Source of the DNA: Octopus sinensis
Taxonomy: Eukaryota
NCBI RefSeq assembly: GCF_006345805.1
Contig: NC_042999.1
Location: 2,976,001 to 3,040,000, forward strand
Direction: 5' to 3'
DNA: 64,000 bases
Position 1 is the stretch's first letter. Each line of letters starts with the position of its first letter. Shown here piece by piece: positions 25,809 through 40,124 of this stretch. Under the pieces are notes generated by a model. It saw nothing but the letters and a program-made list of their open reading frames with translations, ran no database searches and was not told the origin of the DNA. Made by a program: the position numbers and the translations under genes.

Positions 25809-25963
25809 ATTATTATTATTATTATTAATAATATTATTATTATTATTATTTGAAAACTCACAACTTATTTTGCTGGGTATGAGGTAAAGTGCCAGCTGTC
25901 CATAGCCAGCAGACAAAGGTGACACTTGTTTACTGGTCATAAAAAAAATCATTATCATTATTA

Positions 25964-26004
<41 letters not shown>

Positions 26005-26224
26005 GAGGTAAGCTTGCAGAATTGTTAGCACATTGGACAAAATGCTTAGTGACATTTCTTCCAACACTTTCAGTTCTGAATTCAAATACCACCAACATCA
26101 GCTTTGCCTTTCATCCTTTCAGGGTCAATAAAATAAAATACTAATTGATTGATCAGGTCAATTTAATTAACTAGCCCCACTTCCCTGGGACTGCTGACCT
26201 TCAGCCAAAAATTTCAAACAATTG

Positions 26225-26248
26225 TTATTATGATTATCATCATCATCA

Positions 26249-26312
<64 letters not shown>

Positions 26313-26348
26313 TATTATTATTATTATTACCGTTATTATTATTATTAC

Positions 26349-26446
<98 letters not shown>

Positions 26447-26456
26447 TATTATTATT
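26225..26456. repeat. (ATT)n microsatellite
   Basis: Directly visible. Confidence 0.95.
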
Positions 26457-26689
26457 AAAGCTAATGCAACCAGCTGGCAGAATCGTAATTGCAACAGACA
26501 AAATATTTAGCATTTCTTCCGGCTTTACATTTTGAATTCAAATGTCACCATGGTTGACTTCACTTCTCATTCTTTTCGGGTTGATGAAATAAGTACCAAC
26601 TGAGCAACAAGATCAAAATAATCAACAAGCCCCTTTAGGGTCAAGTTTTGGTCCTTGCATCTATTAATGGAAAGGATTATTTATTATTA

Positions 26690-27285
26690 AAGCTGTTACA
26701 TGTTACTTTATCTGGCATAGATGTTTCCTTGAGGTTTGGTGACAGCAAGTCTCTTCGAATCTCAAGAATCTTTCTTAAGATTCTTACAAGATACAAGAGG
26801 GTATTTTTCTACAAGCTTACAATACAAGTCTCGATTCCAATATCCTCTAGTTTCTTCCATAACAGTTTGGTTTAAGTGAAACTATCAAAGGAACAAATAT
26901 CACCTTTGCCTTCTATAATCTCTTCATCTGTTTGTCAGTTTTGTCAATTCATTTGGTATCCACTTTACTGTTATATGGTATTGTTCGTGTCTACAATCTG
27001 ACTTATATTTTGTTCTCTATCATCAGATCTGGTTTTCTTGCTTCAGTCTTAATGGAGAAATCCAATTATATCCCCTAATTATTATCCCCCATTATAGCCT
27101 TTGGCTTTTGCTCACGCCACTTATCTGTTACTTTAAATCCAAAGAAATAGCTAATATCTCAATGCACTCCTATGACTGTGCTTATACTCTTTTTGTGCTA
27201 GCTTACTGCATTCACTAAAGAAATGGTTAATACTTTAGTATCCTTTTCCAAAGATTCTGCTTTTACTCTCTAATGGAGTTTTATC
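26690..27285 (-). mobile_element. Older R4/Dong-like RLE LINE remnant
   Basis: 'SINHFFSECSKLAQKEYKHSH' and 'ARKPDLMI' with stops; adjacent to (ATC)n. Confidence 0.65.
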
Positions 27286-27805
27286 AATCGTTATCATCAT
27301 CATCATCAACATCATCATCACCATCACCATCACCATCATCATCATCATCATCAACATCATCATCATCATCATCATTATTATTCTGTATTCGTTTGGCAGT
27401 AGTGTTTGTAATATAATACATCTGCTTTCTTCACAGATCATCAGGCTACTTCTCGCATGCTTTTCAACATGTTACTGATATATGTAGTTAACTGTTACAT
27501 TTATCATAGAAAGCTATTTGGTCAAACTTTCAAACACCTGTACCAAGTGATCCTGTTATCACTGACCATTACCTCTCTGCAGATCCAAAACCCTTTTTAG
27601 TTCTCACTTTAGATGACAGTATTTTAACCAATCATCATAGTTTCTTTTTCCTTCTCCCTTGCATCAAAAGGGCAGGCTAGGGTACTTGCTGAAATCTAGG
27701 AAAATTGTGTATATTTTTTCCGTTCCACTTAGAGTTTGAATTTGCAAATATTGGCTGTTTGCTTTCTTTGCCTGCAAACCCAATGATATGTATGCAATTT
27801 TTCTG

Positions 27806-27842
<37 letters not shown>

Positions 27843-28529
27843 ACATTTGCATAAATGCATGTGTTTGTATTAATGCATGAATGGATGCACTGGTGAATGC
27901 ATTTATGGATGGATAGATGTGTGTATGTATCTATGTATACATCAAGTTATGATTTATTTATACATATATATATGCAAGTATGTATGTGCTCATGAATGTG
28001 TTTTATGTCTACATGTGTCTATACACGAATCCATTACTTTATATATGTAAGAATGTACGAGCACATACATGAATATACGCATGTATACATGCTTGTATAT
28101 ACATTTGTATTTTGTGGTCTGTGTTCTGCTTCAGTGTTTTGTATATGTATGTAAATGAATAAAATACATTGTATTATGTGTGTGTGTGTTGTATATATAA
28201 GACTGTCAACATATGTGTGTGTTTTATTGTATGCGTGTATGTGTTAATGCGTATGTTATTCCTTAAATGCGTTTGTATTTAAGGCAGACACTTTTGTTTT
28301 AACACATGCATACAGGTATTATTTACATCCAAGCACTACTGCAACAACATTCACATATGACCTGATACAACATCTCCATGTTGCTTTATTATATTTATTC
28401 AAATGTATACATAACATACCAGAATTACGATAAGACCTTCTGTCATGACTTCCATCTTGTTTATGCATTTCCCCTTTACCAAACCAATCACTCCATATTC
28501 TTCCCTGTGCAATGCTTATCTGCTTTTAC

Positions 28530-28583
28530 CTTCTTCTAACACGGTGAACAAGATTCAGCAGAAGAGTTCCACATAGTAATTTC
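28530..28583 (-). CDS. Candidate 54-nt internal exon
   Basis: Branch-like 'cctaat' plus pyrimidine tract 'ttctctgcttattttgctgctattatatag|', and donor 'gaag|gtaaaa'. One open frame (KLLCGTLLLNLVHRVRR, phase 2-2). It could equally be non-coding. Confidence 0.25.
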
Positions 28584-29158
28584 CTATATAATAGCAGCAA
28601 AATAAGCAGAGAAATTAGGCAGTTTCACTTTCTAAAGAGACCAGTAGTTTTTCCTTTTTTTTTTTTTCTCTCCATATTTTAGCATGCTAAATGGAAAAGT
28701 CAAAGCAAGCCAAGTTAAATAGGGAGCTTGAATAGCTGCCAAAGAGTTAACAGTTTGTAAATTATTGCCAGTGCTGCAATATGTTCATAGCCAAGACATT
28801 TGGCACCTTAACGACACAGTCCACCTTACTGAAATTAGCTACTATACAATATGCAACATAAACAGTGGATGCACTCTAAATTTGATGTGTGCTTTTATGA
28901 CTAACATTACTTAATTCAGTTTGAGAGAAGAATATATCTTGAAGAGAGAAATACTCACCCAAGCTGGTTTGCTAAAGATTAAAAGTCATTCAAGATAATG
29001 TTCATTATTGTTCGTAGATTTTGAACAGATTTAGAGAGTATTTTTGCCTACTAATTTCGTGGATAATGAATAATTGAAGGGAAAATTTCAGTGTCTGCTT
29101 TGGCATGATTTTTCTATGGTTAGATACCCTAATGCCAACCACTTTACTGGTTGTACTA

Positions 29159-29858
<700 letters not shown>

Positions 29859-30505
29859 ATATATATGAGACCGTCCAGCATTTTCTATTTAATGTGTCTC
29901 CCCTGACACAGCATCAACACCATTTCATCTCTTTTACCAAGTCTAACCCTGTTATTCTTACCCACTTGTTCTATAGAAACTATGTAGTTCCTCAACAGAA
30001 AAAAACTGTTCCAGATCCCTTTTTTCTTGCTGTAATCCTCCATCTCCCAGCATAAAACCACATCCTTCTCTACTCACAGGTGATCTTAGCTTTGCAAGCT
30101 GCATCACAACCTCGCTAATGCTGGTGCCATGAATAAAAGGTCCAATACATTAAGGAAAGTGGCTGATTTTAGAAAGGGCATTCACATGAGCTGGTATGCC
30201 ATGAGCATATAAGACGTTGGACTGGCTAACTGACACAACTTCCTTCCAAGCAAGTAGATGGTGTTGATAACATCCAAGTCCATCACTCCCAAATGGGATT
30301 GAGGGTGAGTTATCTCGCCTGTCCATTACTCTAAGGTGTTTTAACACCAGCGAGATGAGAGTTATGTACTCTGCTACACCATTGCCACCACCAGACAATA
30401 CACAAAACATACACATTAGTATATGTAGTTAACAATATTTATTATACTAGAGCTGCTTTTACTTTATATATATATATATGTATGCATATAACTCTCTTAA
30501 CTCTT

Positions 30506-30714
30506 AAACTTGTTTCAGTCACTTGACTGCGGCCATGCTGGAGCACCGCCTTTAATCGAGCAACTCGACCCCGGGACTTATTCTTTTGTAAGCCCAGTAC
30601 TTATTCTATCGGTCTCTTTTGCCAAACCACTAAGTAACGGGGACATAAACACACCAGCATCGGTTGTCAAGCAATGCTAGAGGGACAAACACAGACACAC
30701 AAACACACACACGC

Positions 30715-30747
<33 letters not shown>

Positions 30748-30912
30748 TACGACAGGCTTCTTTCAGTTTCCATCTACCAAATCCACTCACAAGGCTTTGG
30801 TTGGCCCGAGGTTATAGTAGAAGACACTTGCCCAAGGTGCCACACAGTGGGACTGAACCCGGAACCATGTGGCTGGTAAACAAGCTACTTACCACACAGC
30901 CACTCCTGCACC
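30506..30912 (-). mobile_element. SINE family A
   Basis: Colinear with 48783-49202. A second, truncated copy follows at 30967-31294. Confidence 0.85.
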
Positions 30913-30920
30913 TATATATA

Positions 30921-30965
<45 letters not shown>

Positions 30966-31294
30966 CTCTTTTACTTGTTTCAGTCATTTGACTGTGGCCA
31001 TGCTGGAGCACCACCTTTAGTCGAGCAAATCGACCCCAGAACTTATTCTTTGGAAGCCTAGTACTTATTCTATTGGTCTCTTATGCCGAACCGCTAAGTT
31101 ACAGGGATGTAAACACACCATCATCGGTTGTCAAGTAATGTTGGAGGAGGGGACAAACACAGACACACAAACACACACACACATATATATACATATATAC
31201 AACGGGCTTCTTTTCAGTTCCGTCTACCAAACCCACTCACAAGGCTTTGGTCGGCCCGAGGCTATAGTAGAAGACACTTGCCCAAGGTGCCATG

Positions 31295-32264
31295 CAAAGG
31301 TGATATCAAAAAGTTCCCGGACTAGTTGTGTGGCAAGCCAACAGGTAGCAGCACACGGTTGCATGTGCAGTGAGAGCTAGCAGTGACCTTCATGAGATAT
31401 TGTGCCACATGACATCACTGCATTTACTTTGCAAGTTTTGAAATTCGTGTTTTTGTGATCATGTGTAGGCTATAGTCAGCGATTTTGTCATGAACAAAAG
31501 AACACCGGTTCAAAGTCTGTCGAGATCTCCGTCAACATGTTGCTCATGACTCATCCTTCATGTCGGACACCATCACCGATGATGAGAGTTGGGTCAACAG
31601 GTATGACACTGTGATGAAGCAGCAGTGTTGTCATAATGGAAGAGGCTTTTGTTTCCATGACCAAAGAAGGCATGTCAGAGCCACAGCTTAATCAAGAGCA
31701 TGCTCATCATTTTTTTGTTTTGTTCACATCTGTGGTATTGTGCATCAAGAATTCATCCCCTAGGGCCAGAACATCAACCGAGAGTTCTACTGCAATGTTT
31801 TGAAGAGTTTGAGGGAGGACATTCGGTGAAAGTGACCAAATCTATGGAAAGCAAAGAATTGGATTCTTGACGACAATTCACCCTGTCATCAAGCTCTCCT
31901 TACTTGGGAGTTTATCACCAAAAACAACATGTTATTGCTTCCACACTCATCCCATTCTCAAGATTTAGCACCAGCAGACAACTTCCATCTCTTCCCCAAA
32001 ATGAAAATACACATCAGAGGTCGCCATTTTAACACCATTGCCAAGACCCAGAGTGAATCACAGAAAGTCCTTGACTCGCTTACAGAAAACGACTTCTAGA
32101 CTGGATTCCAAAAGTGGCAGAAACATTGTAACCGATGTATTGCTGTGCAAGGTGACTATTTCAAAGAAAATTATGTTAAAACTTGGGTAATTAAGGTAAA
32201 TAAAACTTAGGTAAATATTTTTTATTAAACATAACTAATCCTGGAACTGTTTGATACCACTTCG
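31295..32264 (+). mobile_element. Mariner-type DNA transposon, internally deleted and degenerate
   Basis: TIRs 'caaaggtgatatcaaaaagttcccggactagtt' and 'aactaatcctggaactgtttgataccacttcg'. Transposase relics 'ITDDESWV', 'DDNSPCH' and 'HSQDLAPAD..HLFPKMK'. Confidence 0.85.
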
Positions 32265-33668
32265 GTATATATAATTCTTAAACAAGACTATCATTAACAA
32301 TGACTTTGAAATTTTGGCCAGTTTGTTCATCATTGGACTGCAGTGTGATGATGCCTTAACACACTGAAACTTCGAAGTCCCTATCATTAATATTCTAGTT
32401 TAAGAATAATAATTTTGTACTCTCTAAAAGTATAGAATAATCCATCAAATTAACGTAAAATTGGTTTTATTATAACTGAACAAAAAACAAACATTAACAC
32501 ACACACACACACACATACTTATATGGTGGTCTTCTTTCAGTTTTTATCTATTTAGTCCATTCACAAGGTTTTAGTCAGGTTTATAATAGTTGATACTTTC
32601 CCAAAGTATCATGAAGTGGGACTGAACTTAAAACCAACTAGTTGAGAAACAAACTCCTTAACCACCCAGCCATGACACAATCAAATTACACATGCAATCT
32701 CCCATAAAAATTTGTACAACAATTCAGGGCAGAAAAATATCGTTAAAATTTGATTTTGTAAAAGATTAATTTAAATTTGACCATTTTGATTTAATTATTT
32801 ATTTTTTTGTAAATTTGACTTCAATTTAATGCCTGCCTTTTAGTCCATTAAGTCTTCAGTGTGGAGAAGAACTGTTCAGGTGTTAAAGTGATGTGATAGT
32901 TAAATAGAATTGGTTTGGTTGATTGTTCTAAAGTCATTACATTTTCGTGAATAAGTGAACTGGAAAGAAGTTTACATTTAAAAATTTTTTTAAAAACTAT
33001 ATGTTGTTTTACAGAGAATTATTGAATAAAATGCTGTAGTGATTTCAATGATGCTGTCATCCTTGGGAAGCAGATAAATTATGGATCTAAAATATCACCT
33101 GAAAATTAATTCGTTTCTCCATTATCAAAGAACACAGCCTTTGTTCTTTACATGAAACAACAATTTGTACCAGATATTTTTTGTCAATATTGTTATTTTA
33201 CTGTGAAGTTAAACAAATCATGATAGAGACAGAAACAGCATTATTAATCCCGTTAATGAACCTGGAAAATAATGGTTTCTAATTTAGATCCATGGCCAGC
33301 AATTTTGAAGGAAGACGTAGGTTGATATCATCAATCTCAGTTCTTGATTGCTATTTTAATTTTATTTTATCAACTGTGAAAAGATCAAAGACATAGTTGC
33401 CCTAGGCGGGATTTGAACTCAGAATGTAAAGATACTGCAAAACATCCTTTTAGTTTATTTATTTATTTATACCTGAGTGTAGTTAGCATTTTTTTTAAAG
33501 AAAATTCATAGAAAGAATCCATTTTCAGTGATTTCCTGAAGAGGCATGAATAAAGAATATTCAGAAGGCAACTTTATAAAATGAAAATATTAAAATTTAT
33601 TCAGTGGTGTAATGAGTGCTAGCAAGTGGTAACAAGGAATAATCTTGCATCTGGATGGGCACAAAATA

Positions 33669-33879
33669 CAGGGTGTCCCAGAAGTTGTGCACCACCCTGG
33701 GTTTTTTTTAAAAATACCTCCTTATTGATTTCAAAAGCATTTTATTGAAATTAATCATAACAAATGCTCAAATTGAGCACCCTCTACAATAAAACATGCA
33801 GAAAAAAATATAATAAAATAAAATGCTTTAATTATTTTTAATGAAAACTAGAATGGTGCGCGTCTTCTGGGACATCCTG
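33669..33879. mobile_element. Tc1/mariner MITE
   Basis: TIRs 'cagggtgtcccagaag' and 'cttctgggacatcctg', with TA on both sides. Confidence 0.85.
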
Positions 33880-34191
33880 TATATGTGTATGAGAGACAGG
33901 AAAAATCGCATGATTTATTATATACAGTAAGGTTTATATGAAACAGGGTGGAAGCTGATGTTGATCAAATGAGTTGGTGGTGGACATAGAAAATGTGGCA
34001 TGTCTAAGAAAGCAATGTTGCTTCTATGCTGTGTCTGCAACTCTCAAGCTATTCCAAAAAGGCACACGGTAACACAGGGCGGAACTTGCTATTTGTATAC
34101 TTACGCCTCCAGCTCTGATTGTTTGGAGTATGCCAAAGCACAACTGAGCTAAACCACAGCAACAAAATAGAATCTTTCCTACCTCGCTACA

Positions 34192-35310
34192 GAGAAAATT
34201 CACTTCCATTTCCATTTGACATTTATATTAATTGTACAATCTGGAAAAAATGTTTATGATGAAATTCTATCTCTGAAAATGTGTAAGCAATGCTTATGTA
34301 TAAGAAACATTAATGCTAAAGACCAGTTTTGATACAAATCAATTGTGATTTATGACCCACAGCAAATATAAACATCTGAAACAATATTAAAAGAATTCTT
34401 AGATACTGCTGCCAGCAAATGAGAGACAAAGAAAAAGAAAATCTACCAAAGACTTGGACTGCTTTACAATAAAGTAATACATTCTTTTCTACTTTAGGCA
34501 CAAGGCCTGAAATTGTTTTGCAATGGGGGCCAGTCAATTAGATCAATCCCAATACACTGCTGGTACTTAATTTACCGGCTCAGAAATGATGAAAGGCAAA
34601 GTCAACCTCGGTGGAATTTGAACTCATTGAGTGGATTACACCAGTAATTCAAAGGTAAGTACTTGTACCATGTTGGTTCTACCTGGTAATTGCAGGATGC
34701 AACTATCTGTGGAGTACTCAACCTCCTAAATGCTGAATAAAATATCGGGAAGTTCAGTTGATAAGACAACTGAATGCTTGTTACAACCACCAGAAACCAA
34801 AGCACTTGGTGGACTTGCCCACTTAGATAGATGTAGCTATTACAGAGCAATGCAACTCTCTTCTGTAAGCTGACGTTACAGTAAGCAACAAGAAAATGGA
34901 AAGCAACATAAAACCTATCGTATAGGTTTAGTATGGAGATAGAAAGGCAAGCCTCATTGCACAGCAAGACAGGGGCCTTTATGTGCAGAGAACCCACTTC
35001 TCATTTCTGTAGATTTATGGAGAAAATTCAGTTTTGTTTCCATTTGACATTTATATTAATTGTACAGTCTGTTTGGAAAAATATTTATGATGAAATTCTA
35101 TCTTTAAAAAAACGTGTAAGCAATGCCTGCATATAAGAAACATTAACATTAAGACCAATTTCGATACAGATCAGCTGAGATTTATGAGCCACAGCAAGCA
35201 TAAATGTCTGAAACAATAATGAGAGAATCATGGGATATTGGCACCGGCAAATGAGAGACTGAGAAAAAAATCTACTCAAGACCTGGAGTGTTTTACAATA
35301 AAATAATACA
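34192..35310. repeat. Diverged direct duplication of ~290 bp (34192-34481 and 35020-35310)
   Basis: The two segments align by eye along their length. No TE hallmark seen. Confidence 0.85.
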
Positions 35311-36219
35311 CTGAAGCCATAAAACAAAATATCAAGTCGCTGGTCTATGAATTTTTACCCAGTGAGATTAATTAAACAGAGACACTTTACAACATCGTTT
35401 ATGTAGTTCTGGTTCATTGACAATATAAACATCAGCTTCAATTATGCCAACGAAATTTCACACTGTCAGTATGCTGCTGAGGTGTAAAACACTTCTAAAG
35501 ACTCATTTAGTGTGCTAGATGTTAAGGTAATTGTAGAAAACAAGAATAAATTAATACCTGCAGTTTCATGACTGGCCTGCAGTTCCCAGTTCAAATCCAA
35601 CTGAAGGCAGTTCAATGTTTTATTACGTCTTGTGATTGATCTCTTTTAACACTTTTACTCTTTTTACTTGCTTCAGTCATTTGACTGTGGCCATGCTGGA
35701 GCACCGCCTTTAGTCGAGCAAATCAACCCCAAGACTTATTCTTTTCTAAGCCTAGTACTTATTCTATCTATCTCTTTTGCCAAACCGCTAAGTTATGGGG
35801 ACGTAAACACACTAGCATCGGTTGTCAAGTGATGTTGAGGGGACAAACACAGACACACAAATATATATTTTTGCTCAATAAACACACACAATGCCCGGTC
35901 TGGGAATCGAAACCGTGATCCTCTGATCATGAGTCCACTGTCCTAACTACAGGGCCATTGCGCCTCCACATTATGTTCTGAGTTCAAATTCCGGCAAGGT
36001 CAACTTTGCCTTTCATCCTTTCAGGGTTGATTAGATAAGTACTAGTTACTCACTGGGGATTGATGTAATCTACTTAATCCCTTTGTCTATCCTTGTTTGT
36101 CTCCTCTATGTTTAGCCCCCTGTGGGCATTAAAGAAATAAATACACTATATATAAATATTGTATGTCTTTTATATATGTATGCATGTGTATTTGCATATA
36201 TATATATATACATATATAT

Positions 36220-36650
36220 AGTTGAAATTTGTAGAAAAACAAAGATGAAGACATGTGTAGGAACAACAAGCAAGTGTATTTGACACTTGAGAAAAGTGGA
36301 AAAGTCTTCTACGTTTTGAGCCCACGCTCTTCAACAGAAGGAACAAGAAAAAATAAATAGAGAGAGAACAAGAGAAAAAAATGTGTTGAGTTCAGTGGTC
36401 CAACATTATATATAAATGTTTCATTATATATATAAGTTTCAAAATGTAACCACATGTGAATCATTGGCGATTTTCTTCCTCTGTCTTCCTTTTCTATTGT
36501 ATTTACCTCTGCTTCTGAAGAAGAGCTCAGCTCGAAACGCAAAATCACATCTCTTTCCTTCCCTGAGCATCTGCTAATACTTTACATGTACCAAATACTT
36601 GCATTGTTTTTTTTGTGCTTGTTCTTCGTTTTTGGGGGGATTTACAACAT
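36220..36650. mobile_element. Two divergently oriented Penelope pseudo-LTR-like fragments
   Basis: Each carries a degenerate minimal hammerhead: 36305-36340 (-) 'CTGTTGA-a-gagc..gctc-AAAA-cgta' and 36515-36545 (+) 'CTGAAGA-a-gagc-tca-gctc-GAAA-cgca'. Confidence 0.55.
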
Positions 36651-37657
36651 ATCATCATCATCATCATCATCATCATCATCGTTTAACATCCGCTTTCCAT
36701 GCTAGCATGGGTTGGACGATTTGACTGAGGACTGGTGAACCAGATGGCTGCACCAGGCTCCTGTTTTTAATTCTTTGAATTCTTCGCCTGAAGAAGGAGA
36801 TGGTTTCTAACAAAGATACAGATGGCCATCGCTGGAATGTCATATATTTAAATTCTTGCATAGTTTTACTGTTCCACATTTGTATTTGTAATGTGTGAGT
36901 TAAATTTCTTTTGGTAAATTTCTTTTTCTGAAAATCCTGGCTTGTCTATAATGTCACTTAGACGTTTACTAACAAAACCAAATGTACTAATTATTACTGT
37001 TATAAAAGTGAATTTATAATCTGGATACAGAAGCTGGAGGTTTTGGAGCAGCTGTCTCCAAAGATGGTCTCTTTCCCTTTGGTTTTCAGAGAGATATTCT
37101 CACCAGCAGTAAAGCAAACCTCTATGACAGCACATATACTTTCTTATCTGTTTATGTTGACACTTGGACATGTTTTGATAGCAATGTTCCACCTGTGTTC
37201 CTTGTGAAGATATGTGTTTATGTATTCAATAATGGAATGATTCTCTATATTTATTCCAGAACAGTTTTGTGGGGTTTTTTTTTCTTTTACCGAAAAGCAT
37301 GTCATATAGTTTTTGCAACAACGTTGTGTAGCTTATGGAGGTGGTACCTTGACATTTTTGTGTTGCAGCTAATGGCATGTGTGATGTCTTCCACTTAAAT
37401 ATGATATAATCTACATTTACGGTTGCATCATGGAGCTCTGAGAGCTTTACTGCCCCTTTTGTTTATTAGGGATTTCGTAACAATCTCCTGTTCCCGGATT
37501 GCAAATGCATAACCTTCAAAGTGTGATGTGATGTAGCGGTCATGAATTCAAATGACTCTACGCTTCATGTCAATATTACTATCCTCTTCAAACTCTTGGA
37601 AAACATACCCATGCATGGTTTTTTACTTTTTAGTTTGGAATGCTGGGCAATTCACAT

Positions 37658-38105
37658 TGTATGTATGTATGTATGTATGTATGTATGTATGTATGTGTGT
37701 ATGTATGTAGGTATGTATGTATGTATTTATCTAGGTGTATATGTATGTGTGTATGTATGTATGTAGGTATGTATGTATGTATGTAGGTATGTATGTAGGT
37801 ATGTATGTAGGTATGTATGTGTGTATGTATGTGTGTATGTTTGTATGTATGTGTGTATGTATGTACGTATATATGTATGTATGTATATATGTATGTATGT
37901 ATGATGTATGTATGTATGTATGCATGCATGTATGTATGTATGTATGCATGTATGCATGTATGTATGTATGTATGCATGTATGTATGCATGCATGTATGTA
38001 TTGTATGTATACATGCATGTATGTATGTATGTATTTTTGTTTGCATGTATGTATGCTTGTGTGTATGTATGTATGTATGTATGTATGTATGTATGCCTGT
38101 ATATG
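37658..38105. repeat. (ATGT)n microsatellite
   Basis: Directly visible. Confidence 0.95.
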
Positions 38106-39065
38106 TGAATTGCATGTGAAAGTGTAAGGCAGTTGAAAACGTGACTGTTTTTCTTCTCTTTTTAAATGCAAAATTTCTTGGATATATTGATTTCATCCTT
38201 TGTATTGCCCGTATTGAAATAGTAAAACCTGAATTGTTATTTTTGATCCCTTGGCAACATCTGATTAAGCAGATACCTGATCAAAGGTGTCCCCAGCCGA
38301 AGGCATCCTGTCGTTTTATATTGTTTGCTAGACAACATTATTCACTGTCTTTTCTGTTTTCTGAGTTTGCTCTTTTGATGTTTGAGTCATTGAACTGCAG
38401 TCATACAAATGAACTGCCTTGTGTTGTTGGTTGAACAGTATTTATCTTAAGTCTAGTACTTACTTATTCTATCAGTTTTTCTTTGCCAAACTACTAAGTT
38501 ACAGTGAGATAAACAAACCATCAGTTACCGAGCGGTGGGGGCAGGGACGAACACAAATATACTTACATGAACACACACACACACACACACACACATACAT
38601 ATATACATACATATATATGAATAAAATCAAAATAAGCAACAGGATATCAAGTAGTGATGCTGTACAACCGTTTCAAGCAACTCCTTTTAATTGAACAGTG
38701 CAATTCATTGCATAAATTTACATGTAGTGCCATCTTCAGCTGCCCAAATAGATAAATAGAATTTTAATCAATCAGACACATTAATATAAATTTTCTCAAA
38801 TATTTTAACAGAGCAAGAAGTTGGAAGAAATTAATGTTGTCACTGTTGTAGCTAAGAACAGACTACACTTCCAAAGAATCGCATGAAGCCTATTGGGATC
38901 ATAGCGTTGTAAGGGACTGTAATTCCCTTCTAATTCATTTATCTCCTTATCAACTACTAAATCTAAGACTAGAAGACTGTGTCTAGTTTGAATAAAGGAC
39001 AAGAGTGTGTTGATAGCCCATGGCTAGGTATAGTCATAAATATTATCATATATATGTGTGTGTGC

Positions 39066-39840
39066 ATTGGCACGTAAAAAGCACCATCTGTTCGTGGCCG
39101 TGCCAGCCTCGTCTGGCACCTGTGCCGGTGGCACGTAAAAAGCACCCACTACACTCATGGAGTGGTTGGCGTTAGGAAGGGCATCCAGCCGTAGAAACAT
39201 TGCCAGATCAGACTGGGCCTGGTGCAGCCTTCTGGTTTCCCATACCCCAGTTGAACCGTCCAACCCATGCCAGCATGGAAAGCGGACGCTAAACTATGAT
39301 GATGATGATGATGATATATATATATATATATTATATATATATATATATATGAGAAAGCATGTACTGGAAAAGGTAAATACAGATTACATATGTTTTAAAG
39401 CTAAACTTATGTCTTATATAACTTGTAACACATACAAAAAGAATTTACATATTAAGCTTAGCTTTGAAGCATATCATCATCATCATCATTGTTTAACGTC
39501 CGCTTTCCATGCTAGCATGGGTTGGACGATTTGACTGAGGACTAGCGAACCAGATGGCTGCACCAGGCTCCAATCTGATCTGGCAGAGATTCTACAGCTA
39601 GGTGCCCTTCCTAATGCCAACCACTCTGAGAGAGTAGTGGGTGCTTTTATGTGCCACCAGCATGAGGGCCAGTCAGGCAGTACTGGCAATGGCCACGCTC
39701 AAATGGTGTTTTTTACGTGCCACCTGCACAGGAGCCAGTCCAGTGGCACTGGCAACAACCTCACTCGAATGTTTTTTCACATGCCACCGGCACAAATGCT
39801 AGTAAGGTGACGCTGGTAATGATCACGCTCAAATGGTGCT
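39066..39840. mobile_element. Two family B copies in inverted orientation: 39066-39315 (+) and 39474-39840 (-)
   Basis: Both end in (GAT)n tails that face each other across ~160 bp. Confidence 0.85.
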
Positions 39841-40124
39841 GCAGTCTTTATTTAACTTTTCCATTCCTTACACTCTTTGTTTTATATTCACATCATGGGC
39901 AATTTTCATTGCTAAACTGTGAGTTGTATGGTGGCTCTCAACCTATTGAAATTTCTCTCTATTGTGATATGGAATGACGTACATAACATACGTCAGTTAT
40001 CAAAATTTCTTCATCATATATTAATTCACTTTTTGTCATCCATAGAAGCTGTGTACGTGCTTCATATTTATTCACTTCCTGTACCACAATCATTTAGGAA
40101 CTAGCTACTCTATAGCTCAGTCTG

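Noticed and set aside
35165-35184. 'taaatctcagctga' on the minus strand resembles the miR-216 5' end
   Set aside because: The 3' half does not match, no precursor hairpin is evident, and it is not conserved in the duplicate at ~34340.
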